Source: a virus (Duplodnaviria > Heunggongvirae > Uroviricota > Caudoviricetes). Taken from it: a stretch of 64,000 bases of DNA. The notes under the pieces were generated by a model. It saw only the letters and a program-made list of their open reading frames with translations. It searched no databases and was not told the DNA's origin. A program made the translations under genes and the position numbers. The stretch is from IMG/VR virus record IMGVR_UViG_3300011972_000167. One strand, written 5' to 3'. Positions 51,233 to 61,278 of this stretch are shown in pieces (position 1 is the first letter of the stretch; every line of letters starts with the position of its first letter).

Positions 51233-51997
51233 ATGGATAAGGTTGATTATAAATTAAGTTCTTATGATTTAGATATACTACAGGGTTATGGTTATAGTAC
51301 TAAGTTTTGGGTAGATGAAAATGGAAAGCAATATTTAATTAAGATAGATACTCCACTACATGAGTCATTAAATGAGTATGCTTCCAGTCAATTAGCTTTA
51401 ACATTTTGTATAGACTGTGTAGTTTATGAGAAAATAAAAGTAGATTTGGATGGGTATGAGTATAGTGCTATCAAGTGTGAGAGTTATATTAAAGAAAATG
51501 ATGAAGAGCATACGGTATACAATATAATAAGAGAGTTTCCAAAACAAAAATTATTAAGTGCAGAAAAGTTTATTTGGTTATTAGATAGGCTATCTGAAAA
51601 AACAGGTGAAGATAAAGAGTACTTAAGAAATGGATTATTAAAAATAGCAACTTTTGATTATATAGTTTGCAACTTAGATAGGCACTTAAATAACATAGTA
51701 TTATTAAAATCTGATAAAGGTTACAGATTTTCACCTTTGTTTGACTTTGGAAGAACATTTGCAGGAGCCAAGGACATAAAAACTGATTCAGATATACAGT
51801 CAAGATTGAGAGAGTATTACACTATAAATAAAAGTATAATGAAAGAAATACAGAATATGGATATTGATTATAGTAAGAAACTTGTTAAGGAATGGTTAGA
51901 CACTTGTAATGGATATAAAGCCATAGATAATTTAGATATAGACTTAGGATATAAGAAATTGATAAAATACAGAATAAAACAGATATTAAGTTTATAA
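51233..51997 (+). CDS. HipA/CtkA-like Ser/Thr kinase domain protein 1
   Basis: GYSTKFW, YLIK, ESLNE, DYIVCNLDRHLNNI, FSPLFDFG. Confidence 0.8.
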   Translation: MDKVDYKLSSYDLDILQGYGYSTKFWVDENGKQYLIKIDTPLHESLNEYASSQLALTFCIDCVVYEKIKVDLDGYEYSAIKCESYIKENDEEHTVYNIIREFPKQKLLSAEKFIWLLDRLSEKTGEDKEYLRNGLLKIATFDYIVCNLDRHLNNIVLLKSDKGYRFSPLFDFGRTFAGAKDIKTDSDIQSRLREYYTINKSIMKEIQNMDIDYSKKLVKEWLDTCNGYKAIDNLDIDLGYKKLIKYRIKQILSL

Positions 51998-52009
51998 GGA
52001 GGATACAAA

Positions 52010-52384
52010 ATGAATATTATTGAATTTACTATAATGCACTGTGATACTAAATTAGTTGATATAAAGTTAGATTATGCAATAGGTAAATTAATAAGTTATC
52101 ATTTATACAAAGAGTGTCCACACTTAATAAAAATCTGTATTTGTGATTTTGATAATAAAACTGTTGTATACAGAGCATTAATAGACTGGTTAAAAGATAG
52201 GACAATACCAGAAGAAAGGGTCAATAGAGATTACATAATTAAAAAGGCTTATGGATTAAATCCCAATTTTGCTAATTTATTTGTTTTATTAGGTGTAGAC
52301 CATGGTGTTAGTGTACTGGATGACTTTTGGATTAAGTTTAGTGGAGAGGACATTAGATATGCAGATGTTAGAGTTAAGTACTAG
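52010..52384 (+). CDS. Small protein resembling a HipA N-terminal subdomain (HipS-like)
   Basis: WLKDRTIPEER...GVSVLDDFWIK, resembling the region preceding the kinase domain in Firmicute HipA-like proteins. Confidence 0.55.
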   Translation: MNIIEFTIMHCDTKLVDIKLDYAIGKLISYHLYKECPHLIKICICDFDNKTVVYRALIDWLKDRTIPEERVNRDYIIKKAYGLNPNFANLFVLLGVDHGVSVLDDFWIKFSGEDIRYADVRVKY

Positions 52385-53114
52385 CAATATATTTGGTTCT
52401 TATAGTTTAGGTGAGCAGTATAAATGTTGGCTTAATATAAAAGGAGTTAAACATCTTATCAAGATAAATACCAATTACAGAGAGTCACTAAAAGAAGTAA
52501 CTGCTTATAAATTAGCTAAAGCATTTGGGATACCTTGTGTAGAATATAAAGAGATACAAGTTAAATTTATGGGCTCTATCAGAAATGCCTGTATATGTAA
52601 AAGTTATTTAAGGGATAAAGAAAATAGCATAAGTTTATGGGGCAGTTTAGGTAATAGGTTTACTACAAAGAGAGGAGAGTCAGCCATTAGTTTATTTGAA
52701 AGAATTATAAAAAGCATTTCTTATAGACTAGGAATAAATGAAAGAAGTTTAGCTGATTATATAAAAACTATTTTAACATTTGATTATATCATCTGCAATA
52801 CAGACAGGCACTTAAACAACATAAGTTTTATAGAAAACAATGGTATTTACAGATTTGCTCCGATATATGATAATGGAAAATCTTTTCTAAACACAGATGG
52901 AGTATTAACTGACAGTGATTTAATATCAAGGAGCAATAAATATAAATCAAAGCCTTTTTCAAGTAATCCAAAGTCTAATATTATAGATAAGGATTACAGT
53001 AAAATTTTGGTAAATAAATGGTTAGAACATTCTGGGTGTTTAGATAGGCATATAATAAATAAAGGACATTTGAAGATAATAAAATACAGAATTAATAAGC
53101 TATTGAACTTATAG
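52359..53114 (+). CDS. HipA/CtkA-like Ser/Thr kinase domain protein 2
   Basis: GEQYKCW, HLIK, ESLKE, DYIICNTDRHLNNI, FAPIYDNG; start moved to ATG 52359. Confidence 0.8.
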   Translation: MQMLELSTSNIFGSYSLGEQYKCWLNIKGVKHLIKINTNYRESLKEVTAYKLAKAFGIPCVEYKEIQVKFMGSIRNACICKSYLRDKENSISLWGSLGNRFTTKRGESAISLFERIIKSISYRLGINERSLADYIKTILTFDYIICNTDRHLNNISFIENNGIYRFAPIYDNGKSFLNTDGVLTDSDLISRSNKYKSKPFSSNPKSNIIDKDYSKILVNKWLEHSGCLDRHIINKGHLKIIKYRINKLLNL

Positions 53115-53123
53115 GAGGTAAAA

Positions 53124-54290
53124 GTGAATAAAAAGCATTTAATTTTATTAGGATTATTAAGTTTATCAGTAACTGGATGTAAATCTAAGGTAATGACAAT
53201 AGAAGATTTAGCAAGTCCATCAGATGTAATTGAAACAACTTCTTCAATTAAAGAAACTGTAAATAATAAAGAAACAAAGCAAGATATTGATGATTTCTTA
53301 GGAAAGTTTGATAAAAGGACTGTATCAACTGATAAAGTAGAGGTTGTTAAGATAACAGACCAAGGAAGAATAGCAGAGCTTGCTGAATATATGAAGCAAA
53401 GTTTGAATAAGAGTTATACATCTATAGAGTACAGGAACAGAACAGTTTATGATATAGTTGTAGGCAGACCTGAAAAAGCTAAAAGGGTAGTAGGTGAGGA
53501 GGCAGGTCAACCTATAGAAGAGGAGTATGAAACAGGTAATATAATTTATGAGAGGTTTATGGGTGATAATACAGCTGATATAACCAGAAACAATAAGTAT
53601 TATCACAGTTTATATGTAAATGATAAAACAAGTTTCGGGTATAATACAATAGATGTAAGAGATACTTACCTTATAGATAACGGAGAAAAGACTCTATCTT
53701 ACAGTAAGTTATACGATTATAACAGAGATTTTCCAGATAAAATTTCTTATAAAGCCTATATAGTAGATAGAAACCTTGAGTCAGAGAATATAAGCTTTGC
53801 CTATATGTCTGTTTTAGGTAATGGAGAGGAGTTTGAAGTAGCTGAGGAAGTTGCTGATAATAATAGCTATTATACTTATAAAACTTTAATAGATTTTAAC
53901 AAAGCATTAGAGATAGCTAATCTTAATAAAGACATATTAAGATTAAGTGATATAAACGGGTATAAAACTATTATAAAGTTATATTTTGACAGAAATACTT
54001 TTGAATTAAAGAGGTCAGAGATATTTATAAAGAATACATTAGATAAAATTCAAAAGGACAAAAATTTAGGATATAGTTTACAGGCTAACAGTTGCAGTAA
54101 TACTGTAGATATAATATCAACTGAAAACAATACTATAGTAGACATACCAGATGTTATACTAAACAAGTTGCCACAAGATATACTTGCTAACCTTGATAGT
54201 GAGAATAAGATAAGTGCAGAGTCAGGAATAGATAACGGACTTATATTGGATGGTGATTTTACTGTTTACGGGGAAGAAAAAGAGGAGTAG
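53124..54290 (+). CDS. Lipoprotein
   Basis: Lipobox VTGC. Confidence 0.75.
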   Translation: MNKKHLILLGLLSLSVTGCKSKVMTIEDLASPSDVIETTSSIKETVNNKETKQDIDDFLGKFDKRTVSTDKVEVVKITDQGRIAELAEYMKQSLNKSYTSIEYRNRTVYDIVVGRPEKAKRVVGEEAGQPIEEEYETGNIIYERFMGDNTADITRNNKYYHSLYVNDKTSFGYNTIDVRDTYLIDNGEKTLSYSKLYDYNRDFPDKISYKAYIVDRNLESENISFAYMSVLGNGEEFEVAEEVADNNSYYTYKTLIDFNKALEIANLNKDILRLSDINGYKTIIKLYFDRNTFELKRSEIFIKNTLDKIQKDKNLGYSLQANSCSNTVDIISTENNTIVDIPDVILNKLPQDILANLDSENKISAESGIDNGLILDGDFTVYGEEKEE

Positions 54291-54295
54291 AGATA

Positions 54296-54946
54296 ATGCG
54301 AAGGGGATTTATAATAGAAATAGAGGGAATAAACGGAGCAGGTAAGACAACATTAACTAAACAACTTTATGCTGACTTGAAATTAAAAGGTTATCCTGTT
54401 GAATTAGTTAGAGAGCCTGGCGGTTCTTCCGTAGCAGAAAAAATAAGAGATATAGCAGTAGATGATACTTCAAGCAGTTTATCTGAACTAAGCGGATTAT
54501 TCCTGTATATGGCAAGTCGCTCACAGTTGATTCATGATAAAGTAGAAAAGTATTTATCAGATGGTAAGATAGTTATATATGACAGATATGAAGATAGTAC
54601 AAGGGTATATCAAGGTGTTATGGCTAATTTGGGAATAACAACTGTAGATTCAATGTTAAAAACTTTTTTCAGTAAGTATAAACCTAAAGTAACAATATTG
54701 CTTGATGTAGAGCCAACTTTAGGAGTTAAAAGAGCAAATAAAGATGGTGTAGAGATAAATAAGTATGATAAAAAGCCATTGGAATTTTATCAAAAATCTA
54801 GAGAGGCTTATCTAAGTATCTTTGAAGAAAGAATTAAAACAGATGAGCATTGTTATATCTTAGATTCAAACCGAGATAAAAGTATAGTTTATAATGATTT
54901 ATTTAGAATAACAGAGAAAGAAATTAGGGATAAATTGGAGATTTGA
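54296..54946 (+). CDS. tmk: Thymidylate kinase
   Basis: IEGINGAGKTT, REPGG, LYMASR, DRY, YQG. Confidence 0.93.
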   Translation: MRRGFIIEIEGINGAGKTTLTKQLYADLKLKGYPVELVREPGGSSVAEKIRDIAVDDTSSSLSELSGLFLYMASRSQLIHDKVEKYLSDGKIVIYDRYEDSTRVYQGVMANLGITTVDSMLKTFFSKYKPKVTILLDVEPTLGVKRANKDGVEINKYDKKPLEFYQKSREAYLSIFEERIKTDEHCYILDSNRDKSIVYNDLFRITEKEIRDKLEI

Positions 54947-55467
54947 TAATGAATAAAAATAAATGCATAGAAAATTTGAAGTTAGTCTTAATGACAGTTA
55001 TGCTAGCTTTGTTTATAAATACTACTATTGTAGTTAATGCTTATGTTCCCTCTGGTTCTATGGAAGGAACTATTATGACTGGAGATAGAATTATAGGTTC
55101 TAGGTTGTCATATATTTTTGAGGAGCCTAAGCGTGGAGATGTTATAGAGTTTAGATTTCCTGATGATGAAAGTAAGCTGTTTACAAAAAGAATTATAGCA
55201 ATACCTGGAGATATAGTTGACATTAGAGAAGGAAAAGTTTACTTAAATAATTCAGATATACCTTTGGATGAACCCTATATTAAAGAACCAATGATAAATG
55301 AGCAAGATATGCACTTTGAAGTTCCAGATGGAGCCTACTTCTGTATGGGAGATAACAGGAATAATTCCTTTGACTCCAGATATTGGAACAATACTTATGT
55401 TTATAGGGATAAAATTTTAGCTAAGGTTATTGTTAAATACTCTCCCACAGCTAAACTTATAAAATAA
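54943..55467 (+). CDS. lepB: Signal peptidase I
   Basis: TM helix, VPSGSM, PKRGD, KRII, MGDNRNNSFDSR. Confidence 0.93.
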   Translation: MIMNKNKCIENLKLVLMTVMLALFINTTIVVNAYVPSGSMEGTIMTGDRIIGSRLSYIFEEPKRGDVIEFRFPDDESKLFTKRIIAIPGDIVDIREGKVYLNNSDIPLDEPYIKEPMINEQDMHFEVPDGAYFCMGDNRNNSFDSRYWNNTYVYRDKILAKVIVKYSPTAKLIK

Positions 55468-55470
55468 ATT

Positions 55471-55506
55471 ATAAAAATAACAGCGATAAGCTGTTATTTT
55501 TATTTT
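55471..55506 (+). terminator. Intrinsic terminator
   Basis: ATAAAAATAACAGC-GATAA-GCTGTTATTTTTAT. Confidence 0.7.
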
Positions 55507-55583
55507 GCTTTTGATATAATATAGAGTGCTAGTGTGCTAATTCTTTCTAACTTAAGTTGTTTAATTGTTGGGAGGATAAATTT

Positions 55584-57347
55584 ATGAAAAGAATGAGTGT
55601 TATTCTATTTATATGCTTAGCGACTACAGGTTGTAGAGATGTAAGAGCAAAGCCCAATTCAATTAATGATTTGGATATCAATAATAAAAAAGGTGAATAC
55701 TTGCATAACATTGATAGTAAAAGTAGATTACTTTATAAAGGGAGTGAAAATATTACTGGAGAAAATCTTGTAAGTTTCAGATACTATGATTACAAAGGTG
55801 AGGCTACTACTGAACTTTTTCCTTTGAATGGAAGTTGGAATAAGACAGACTTAAACTCTAATGGCATCACTTTAGGTAACAGTACTTTTAATCTTAATTT
55901 AGATACTGATATAAAGTCTGATAAGGTTCAGTTAAGTTACCAGATAGAGAACGGAGTATTCAGCTTAGTTTATTGGGGAGTTGAAGGAACAGTAAGCTAC
56001 AACATCTATAAAAACGGATTTCTGTTTGCTACTGTTAATACTACAAATTTTAGTAATTTCAACTTAGAGAATACAGATAGTTTAATAGTGCAAGGTAGTG
56101 AGATAGTAGCAAAGCAAAATGATGGACTAAGTTTATATGATAGTTTTTATATTAAGCCTGTTTTTTCTGATGGAACTGAGGGAGAGCAAAGTAATGTTAT
56201 AGATGTAAAGACTGTAGCCTCTAATATACCTGTTGAATTATCCGATGATATATTGAAGATTGGAGTTAAACTTGATAACCCAAAAGATTTACCTAGAGAA
56301 GTTAAAGTAAAATTATTAGATGGTAGTACAGGTACTTATAATATAGATTATAAATTAGATGAAGCTACCAGATTTACCGATAAGATTTATTATAAGTATT
56401 ATATTAACAATACTAATTTAAGAGGTTTTGTAGAAGTTAACTTATCTAACTCTTTTAACATTCCAAGTACTATAGAAAACGGAAGTTTAGATGGTTCAGA
56501 CTTAGAAAATCTTAAATTAACTATCAAAGATAATAAAGATACTTCAACAATAAAGTTATTAGACCTTAACAGCTATATCAAGACTGTTACTCCTAAGATA
56601 TCCGACAAAAAGCAAATTTATGAGGATATATACCAGCAATTAAAGAATAGAAAGACAGAAGTAGACCTTTGGAATTATAGTTTAAGCAAAGCTGATTTTG
56701 TTGAAGTAGCAGAGCAACTTGAGTTAGATTTTTATTATGTTATAAACAGTATAACTTTAGATAGAAACTCAAATAAAATATATGTAGATTATAATTCTAA
56801 TGAGATACAGTCTTTTGATAGTATTGAAACTGCTTTTAATTATGTTAATGAAAACGGGTTGATTAACGGCAAAGAGATAAGCAGTTTAATAAGTTTAAGT
56901 TTGCCTGATACAAAGTCTGTTAAAGGAATAAGGTTAGGTCAGATAAGGTATTTTAATGTTGTAAAATCAGGTGAAAACTATTATAATATTGATTTCAGCA
57001 AAAGTAACAGAGAAATGTTTATGTGTAGTGATGAGCAAATGTCAGAAATGGGGTATACAAAAAATACTAATTTCCTGACTTGCAGTTGTACTGATAATGA
57101 GCAAGAGTACTATAAAGTTAATGGCAGATTTGCTTCTAGTATTGATGAGTATAAAGAGATGCTTAAAAGAGAGATATCAAACGGTTCTTATGATATAAGA
57201 GTGAAATATATTGGAGAGGATATAACTTCAAGTCAAGTCATAGATATTATAAGTTCAGTGTTTGATGAGTTAAATAAAAGGGATTTATTAAGTAGAGTGA
57301 GATTTGCGGATAGTAATAAGATATATACTATACGAATAGGTGAATAA
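55584..57347 (+). CDS. Secreted/lipoprotein with Ig/Fn3-like segments and possible degenerate transglutaminase-like C-terminus
   Basis: Signal ending TTGC; WGVEGTVSYNIY; LPREVKVKLLDGS; FNVVKSGENYYNID. Confidence 0.55.
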   Translation: MKRMSVILFICLATTGCRDVRAKPNSINDLDINNKKGEYLHNIDSKSRLLYKGSENITGENLVSFRYYDYKGEATTELFPLNGSWNKTDLNSNGITLGNSTFNLNLDTDIKSDKVQLSYQIENGVFSLVYWGVEGTVSYNIYKNGFLFATVNTTNFSNFNLENTDSLIVQGSEIVAKQNDGLSLYDSFYIKPVFSDGTEGEQSNVIDVKTVASNIPVELSDDILKIGVKLDNPKDLPREVKVKLLDGSTGTYNIDYKLDEATRFTDKIYYKYYINNTNLRGFVEVNLSNSFNIPSTIENGSLDGSDLENLKLTIKDNKDTSTIKLLDLNSYIKTVTPKISDKKQIYEDIYQQLKNRKTEVDLWNYSLSKADFVEVAEQLELDFYYVINSITLDRNSNKIYVDYNSNEIQSFDSIETAFNYVNENGLINGKEISSLISLSLPDTKSVKGIRLGQIRYFNVVKSGENYYNIDFSKSNREMFMCSDEQMSEMGYTKNTNFLTCSCTDNEQEYYKVNGRFASSIDEYKEMLKREISNGSYDIRVKYIGEDITSSQVIDIISSVFDELNKRDLLSRVRFADSNKIYTIRIGE

Positions 57348-57361
57348 TGGAGGTATAAGCA

Positions 57362-58408
57362 GTGTTTTTAAGATATAAAATAGGTTTATTTGGAGTAGCA
57401 ACTGTAAGCTTAATTGCTATGGGTAATAAAGCTCATGCAGATGAGAGATTTAATAGTACTATAGAATTTTCAGAAAAATCAGAGTATTTTTCTAAAGCAA
57501 CACCTTTAGGAGAAAATGAAGCTGGTGAAGTTGAAGAAGTTAAGATAGATATAAGAGAAGAGCCTAATCCAGAGTCAAAGGTAATAGCTACTGCTGTTAC
57601 AGGAGATAGCATAGATATTATAAGAAAAGATGATTTATGGTTAGAGGTCAAAGTCAATGAACATATAGGTTGGGTGGAGTCTGGTGATGTAGTAAGCGGA
57701 ATTGATATGGAGGCTTATATACTAAAATACGGTACTTTATTTGACAGAACTGGTTTAGTAATAGACCCTGATACAGAGTTATTAAATCCAGAAAGTACAG
57801 AGCAAGTAGTAGCCTTACTTAAAGAAAATCAAAAAGTAACTATCATAAGTGAGAGTGAAGATTATTTATATGTTAAAGCAGCGGGTAAGTACGGTAATAT
57901 TCTTAAGGATAAGGTTAAAGCAAATGAGATAGAGTTTGGAACACCTCAAGAAGTTAAGGAAATACCACCTATGATACCTTATGTTCCTAAGAACATAGAC
58001 CCTAATACAACAAATGGATATACTTCAATAAACGAAACAGAACAAAGAAAGGCACTTTGCAACTATGCTATTCAATGGATAGGTAGACCCTATGTTTATG
58101 GGGGAACTTCCTTAGAAACTGGCATAGACTGTTCAGCTTTCGTACAAAATGTTTATAGGCAAATAGGAATAGGACTTCCAAGAGTTAGCTCAGACCAAGC
58201 TAATGTTGGAGTAGACATAGACATAAGTGAGATAAGACCTGGTGATTTATTATTTTATTATGATAGCGGATTACAAAGAATAGGACATGTAACAATGTAT
58301 ATGGGAAATAATACTGTTATTCATGCTTCTAATGCTAGACTTGGTGTTATAGTTTCTGATGCTGGTTACAGACCGCCTGTAAGAGTAAAAAGGATTTTAG
58401 GGGATTAG
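57362..58408 (+). CDS. SH3b + NlpC/P60 peptidoglycan endopeptidase
   Basis: Signal peptide; IREEP...WLEV...GWV SH3b; PYVYGG, DCSAFV, LPRVS, PGDLLF, GHV. Confidence 0.9.
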   Translation: MFLRYKIGLFGVATVSLIAMGNKAHADERFNSTIEFSEKSEYFSKATPLGENEAGEVEEVKIDIREEPNPESKVIATAVTGDSIDIIRKDDLWLEVKVNEHIGWVESGDVVSGIDMEAYILKYGTLFDRTGLVIDPDTELLNPESTEQVVALLKENQKVTIISESEDYLYVKAAGKYGNILKDKVKANEIEFGTPQEVKEIPPMIPYVPKNIDPNTTNGYTSINETEQRKALCNYAIQWIGRPYVYGGTSLETGIDCSAFVQNVYRQIGIGLPRVSSDQANVGVDIDISEIRPGDLLFYYDSGLQRIGHVTMYMGNNTVIHASNARLGVIVSDAGYRPPVRVKRILGD

Positions 58409-58471
58409 CCTTATTGAGTATTCTTAGCTTTTACATAATATATTTATATTTTAGTTATGGAGGTAAAGCTT

Positions 58472-58657
58472 ATGCCGGATAAATACATAGAACATAAAAA
58501 AGATTTTAGAAAACAGTATAGAGGTGCTAAAGCTGTAGATTGTACTTGTAGAAATCATGGTTCTTGCATATATTGTTATTCTACAAGAATGTATAGGACT
58601 AAAAAAGAAATGGCAAAAGCAGATTCAAAACTTAAAGAATACTTAAAAGAGGAGTAA
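58472..58657 (+). CDS. Small basic Cys/His-rich protein
   Basis: CTCRNHGSCIYC; GGAGGT SD. Confidence 0.65.
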   Translation: MPDKYIEHKKDFRKQYRGAKAVDCTCRNHGSCIYCYSTRMYRTKKEMAKADSKLKEYLKEE

Positions 58658-58662
58658 TTTTT

Positions 58663-59085
58663 ATGGAGTACATACACTATGGAAGTGATAAGTTTGATAT
58701 AAATAAATTTAAGCCAATAGAGAATATAAGATTTTTCAATAAGCCAAAAGGCGGTTTATGGGGATGTGAAAGTAATTCTAAATTTAGTTGGAAAGATTTT
58801 GCCAAGTCTGAAATGGATACGGAGATAAGTACTTATTTTAAGTTCAAAATAAAGGGTAATGCAAGAGTTTTGAAATTACATACTCAAGAGGATTTTAATA
58901 AATTTCATTCTATTTATGAGTCAAGTGGAGATACACCTCTTAAAATGCTTGTAGAGTATGATTTTGAGAAAGTAGCTAAAGATTATGACCTGATAGATTT
59001 TAAGGTCAAAGAATTGTATTATCAATTATACGGCTGGGATTTGGACAGCATACTTGTGTTAAATCCTAATGTAATTATAGTTTAA
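58663..59085 (+). CDS. Hypothetical protein, possible ART-like fold
   Basis: YIHYG, KPKGGLW, YDLID, WDLDSILV. Confidence 0.5.
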   Translation: MEYIHYGSDKFDINKFKPIENIRFFNKPKGGLWGCESNSKFSWKDFAKSEMDTEISTYFKFKIKGNARVLKLHTQEDFNKFHSIYESSGDTPLKMLVEYDFEKVAKDYDLIDFKVKELYYQLYGWDLDSILVLNPNVIIV

Positions 59086-59104
59086 TATATGCTTTTTGTT
59101 GATT

Positions 59105-59146
59105 AAAACAACTTTTATACACTCTAAATGTATAAAAGTTGTTTTT
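59105..59146 (+). terminator. Hairpin/terminator
   Basis: 17-bp stem AAAACAACTTTTATACA/TGTATAAAAGTTGTTTT. Confidence 0.7.
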
Positions 59147-59204
59147 CAAATTAAGGAGACATAATGCAAAGAGATAAGTTGTGTTATGTAAATGACTTTT
59201 TGAG

Positions 59205-60101
59205 TTGGGGGTAATAATGCCGGGTAACAGAGATTTAAGTTGTAGTGTCAATTGTAAATATTGTATGGTAAGTAAAACGCATTCAAAAATAATTGAATGG
59301 CAGAATAAAAATTTAGGATTTAATAATACAAGTATATTTATAGGCAGATTCATTAAGGATAAGCCCTTAAAAGATTTAGGTATAGACTTTAGTTTACTTG
59401 CAAATGACATAGTAGGTTTAGGGGTTGTAGATTGTTTTGATATAAGATATATAGATGACCTAGAGTTTATGGTAAATAACTTAGATAATTTTAAGATAAG
59501 AAGATTATTACTTATATCAAAAATTCCAATAAGTGATAGGATACTTAGTATAATCAAGGATAAAAGAGTTACTGTAGCTTACAGTATTACTGGCTTAGAT
59601 AAGTATAAAGTTGAGAATACAACTACGGAAGATAGATTAAACTCTTTAGAAAAGTTAGTTAATAACAATACGGATTGTTTAGTTTTAATACAGCCTTACA
59701 TACATGGCATATCAGATTTAAGTTTTATAAGCAGACTTAATAAAATAGGAGTAAAGCATATAGCTTGTAAAGGGTTTACTTATGAAAAAGAAAATATGAA
59801 AGAGTTAGTTTATAGTGGAATGGACGATAGCATATTAAATAAATACAATAACTTAGGAAAAGAGGTTTTTATAGGTGAGGATTGTGTAAAAGAGTTAGTC
59901 AGCTTAAACAATTTAGAATATGTGGACTTAAAAGAATATGCTCTTAGAAATGTAGGTGATACATATAGGTTAAGCTATGAAGATGCTGTAAAATCAGTAG
60001 ATAGGGTGTTTAGTATATTAAAAAGCAATATAACTATTTGCTCTTCTAGTGAAAGCTTAGATGAAATAAGAGAAAACGCAATAAAGAGAAGAACATTTTA
60101 A
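59205..60101 (+). CDS. Radical SAM protein
   Basis: CxxxCxxC (CSVNCKYC); ISK, YSITG, RLNSL, IQPYI; true start uncertain. Confidence 0.75.
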   Translation: MGVIMPGNRDLSCSVNCKYCMVSKTHSKIIEWQNKNLGFNNTSIFIGRFIKDKPLKDLGIDFSLLANDIVGLGVVDCFDIRYIDDLEFMVNNLDNFKIRRLLLISKIPISDRILSIIKDKRVTVAYSITGLDKYKVENTTTEDRLNSLEKLVNNNTDCLVLIQPYIHGISDLSFISRLNKIGVKHIACKGFTYEKENMKELVYSGMDDSILNKYNNLGKEVFIGEDCVKELVSLNNLEYVDLKEYALRNVGDTYRLSYEDAVKSVDRVFSILKSNITICSSSESLDEIRENAIKRRTF

Positions 60102-60468
60102 GATTTTGTGTATATTTTGTGTCTTTGTATGTTTAGGTTAGAGGGCTAAGTTTATGGGGTGAAAATATAGTACTAAAATAAATTTTTAGCTAAAATTTAC
60201 TTTTTAGCATTTTTGAAAAAGATATGCAGTAAGGAGTTTTTGAGAAAGGCTTTCAAGTGAAAAAATAGGGGGTTTAGTATTTATTATTGAGTTGATTTTA
60301 TTTTTTAGCTTTTTACAAAACGCTATGCTCTAAGGTTTTTTAGAAAAGCCTAAATTTTGATATGTTGTAATGCATATAGTAAAATTTTAAGTATGCTTTT
60401 CTTGTTAAAGTATAGCCTATAAATAGCTAAGTTAAAAGTATAAAATAAAGAAAGGAGTAAGGGAACTT

Positions 60469-60687
60469 TTGATGTTATGTAAAGCAAAGATTAATTTTTT
60501 TAAGGCTAGCGGAAAATGGTATGATACTGATGAGTACAGTTTTCCAAGGGATATATCACGGGATAAACTTTATGATAATATAAAAGAACATTATAAAAAT
60601 AAATATAAGGATATGCACCTAGTAGTTACTAACTTTGGTGCTTATGATTTAGATTTTCCTATGATGATACCAGCAGAGTTTAGATAG
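60469..60687 (+). CDS. Small hypothetical protein
   Basis: 72 aa with SD-like GGAG/AAGGG upstream; FFKASGKWY motif. Confidence 0.6.
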   Translation: MMLCKAKINFFKASGKWYDTDEYSFPRDISRDKLYDNIKEHYKNKYKDMHLVVTNFGAYDLDFPMMIPAEFR

Positions 60688-60790
60688 TAGCATTTGTTAT
60701 AGTTTATAACTTGATAGAAAATAAATGCTAAGTTAAAGTTTTTTATTAATGATGATTTGTAAATTTTATTATGAAAATTTATAAAAATAG

Positions 60791-60819
60791 TTGACAAGTA
60801 TAAGTTTATTTGTTATAAT
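60791..60819 (+). promoter_or_regulatory. Consensus sigmaA promoter of the RNA operon
   Basis: TTGACA-17 bp-TATAAT, extended -10 TG, A-rich upstream region. Confidence 0.88.
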
Positions 60820-60854
60820 ATAAGAGTAGTTTTCAATAAATAAATTTCTTTCGT

Positions 60855-60888
60855 TTAACCAGTTAAGGCTCTGGTCTAACAAAAGCCT
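60855..60888 (+). repeat. Pseudoknot-forming repeat copy 1
   Basis: TTAACCAGTTAAGGCTCTGGTCTAACAAAAGCCT; 33/34 identical to 61279-61312. Confidence 0.85.
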
Positions 60889-60889
60889 T

Positions 60890-60934
60890 AGTATAAAAGA
60901 TGGTTTTTATCAGGTTCAATTCCTGATTATACTT
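60890..60934 (+). ncRNA. Anticodon-less mini tRNA-like element 1
   Basis: Acceptor AGTATAA/TTATACT, T-arm TCAGG-TTCAATT-CCTGA, 13-nt connector containing TGG. Confidence 0.7.
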
Positions 60935-60989
60935 TGCCTATTAGGCAATTAATAACAGACTGCGACTGTTTTACTTCTCATGTAACAGT

Positions 60990-61039
60990 TAGATACTTGC
61001 AGACGGGCATTAAGATTGGTTCAAATCCATTGTATCTAA
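60990..61039 (+). ncRNA. Anticodon-less mini tRNA-like element 2
   Basis: Acceptor TAGATAC/GTATCTA, T-arm ATTGG-TTCAAAT-CCATT, D-like TGC-AGACGG-GCA. Confidence 0.65.
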
Positions 61040-61135
61040 TTCCACAGTTAATAATAGCGTGGATATGTGGTTTTAATACATTGTGTTCAATTCTTCCTAA
61101 AAATGAGCCTGATTTTTAGCTTTCAGGCTCGACAG

Positions 61136-61208
61136 GCTACCATAGCTCAGTCGGTAGAGCGTACGGCTGTTAACCGTATTGTCATAGGTTCGAGTCCTAT
61201 TGGTAGCG
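61136..61208 (+). tRNA. tRNA-Asn (GTT), no encoded CCA
   Basis: GCTACCA/TGGTAGC, D-arm GCTC/GAGC, TACGG-CTGTTAA-CCGTA, ATAGG-TTCGAGT-CCTAT. Confidence 0.95.
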
Positions 61209-61278
61209 TTGCCCTTGAGGCAATAGGTGTTTGGCGTTAAAAGTCTGTATTAGGTTACAGATTATCCCCTTATTATCA

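Noticed and set aside
54280..54306. tmk start region as the target of the 61835-61856 antisense segment
   Set aside because: Only ATGCGAAG and a loose SD match; too short to claim without energy calculation.
60102..60460. Replication origin in AT-rich intergenic region
   Set aside because: No iterons or DnaA boxes recognised; only a weak resemblance (TAGAGCAT, opposite strand) to 5710-5745.
60934..61119. 61-aa ORF in the RNA operon
   Set aside because: Overlaps structured RNA elements, has a TTG start with no SD.
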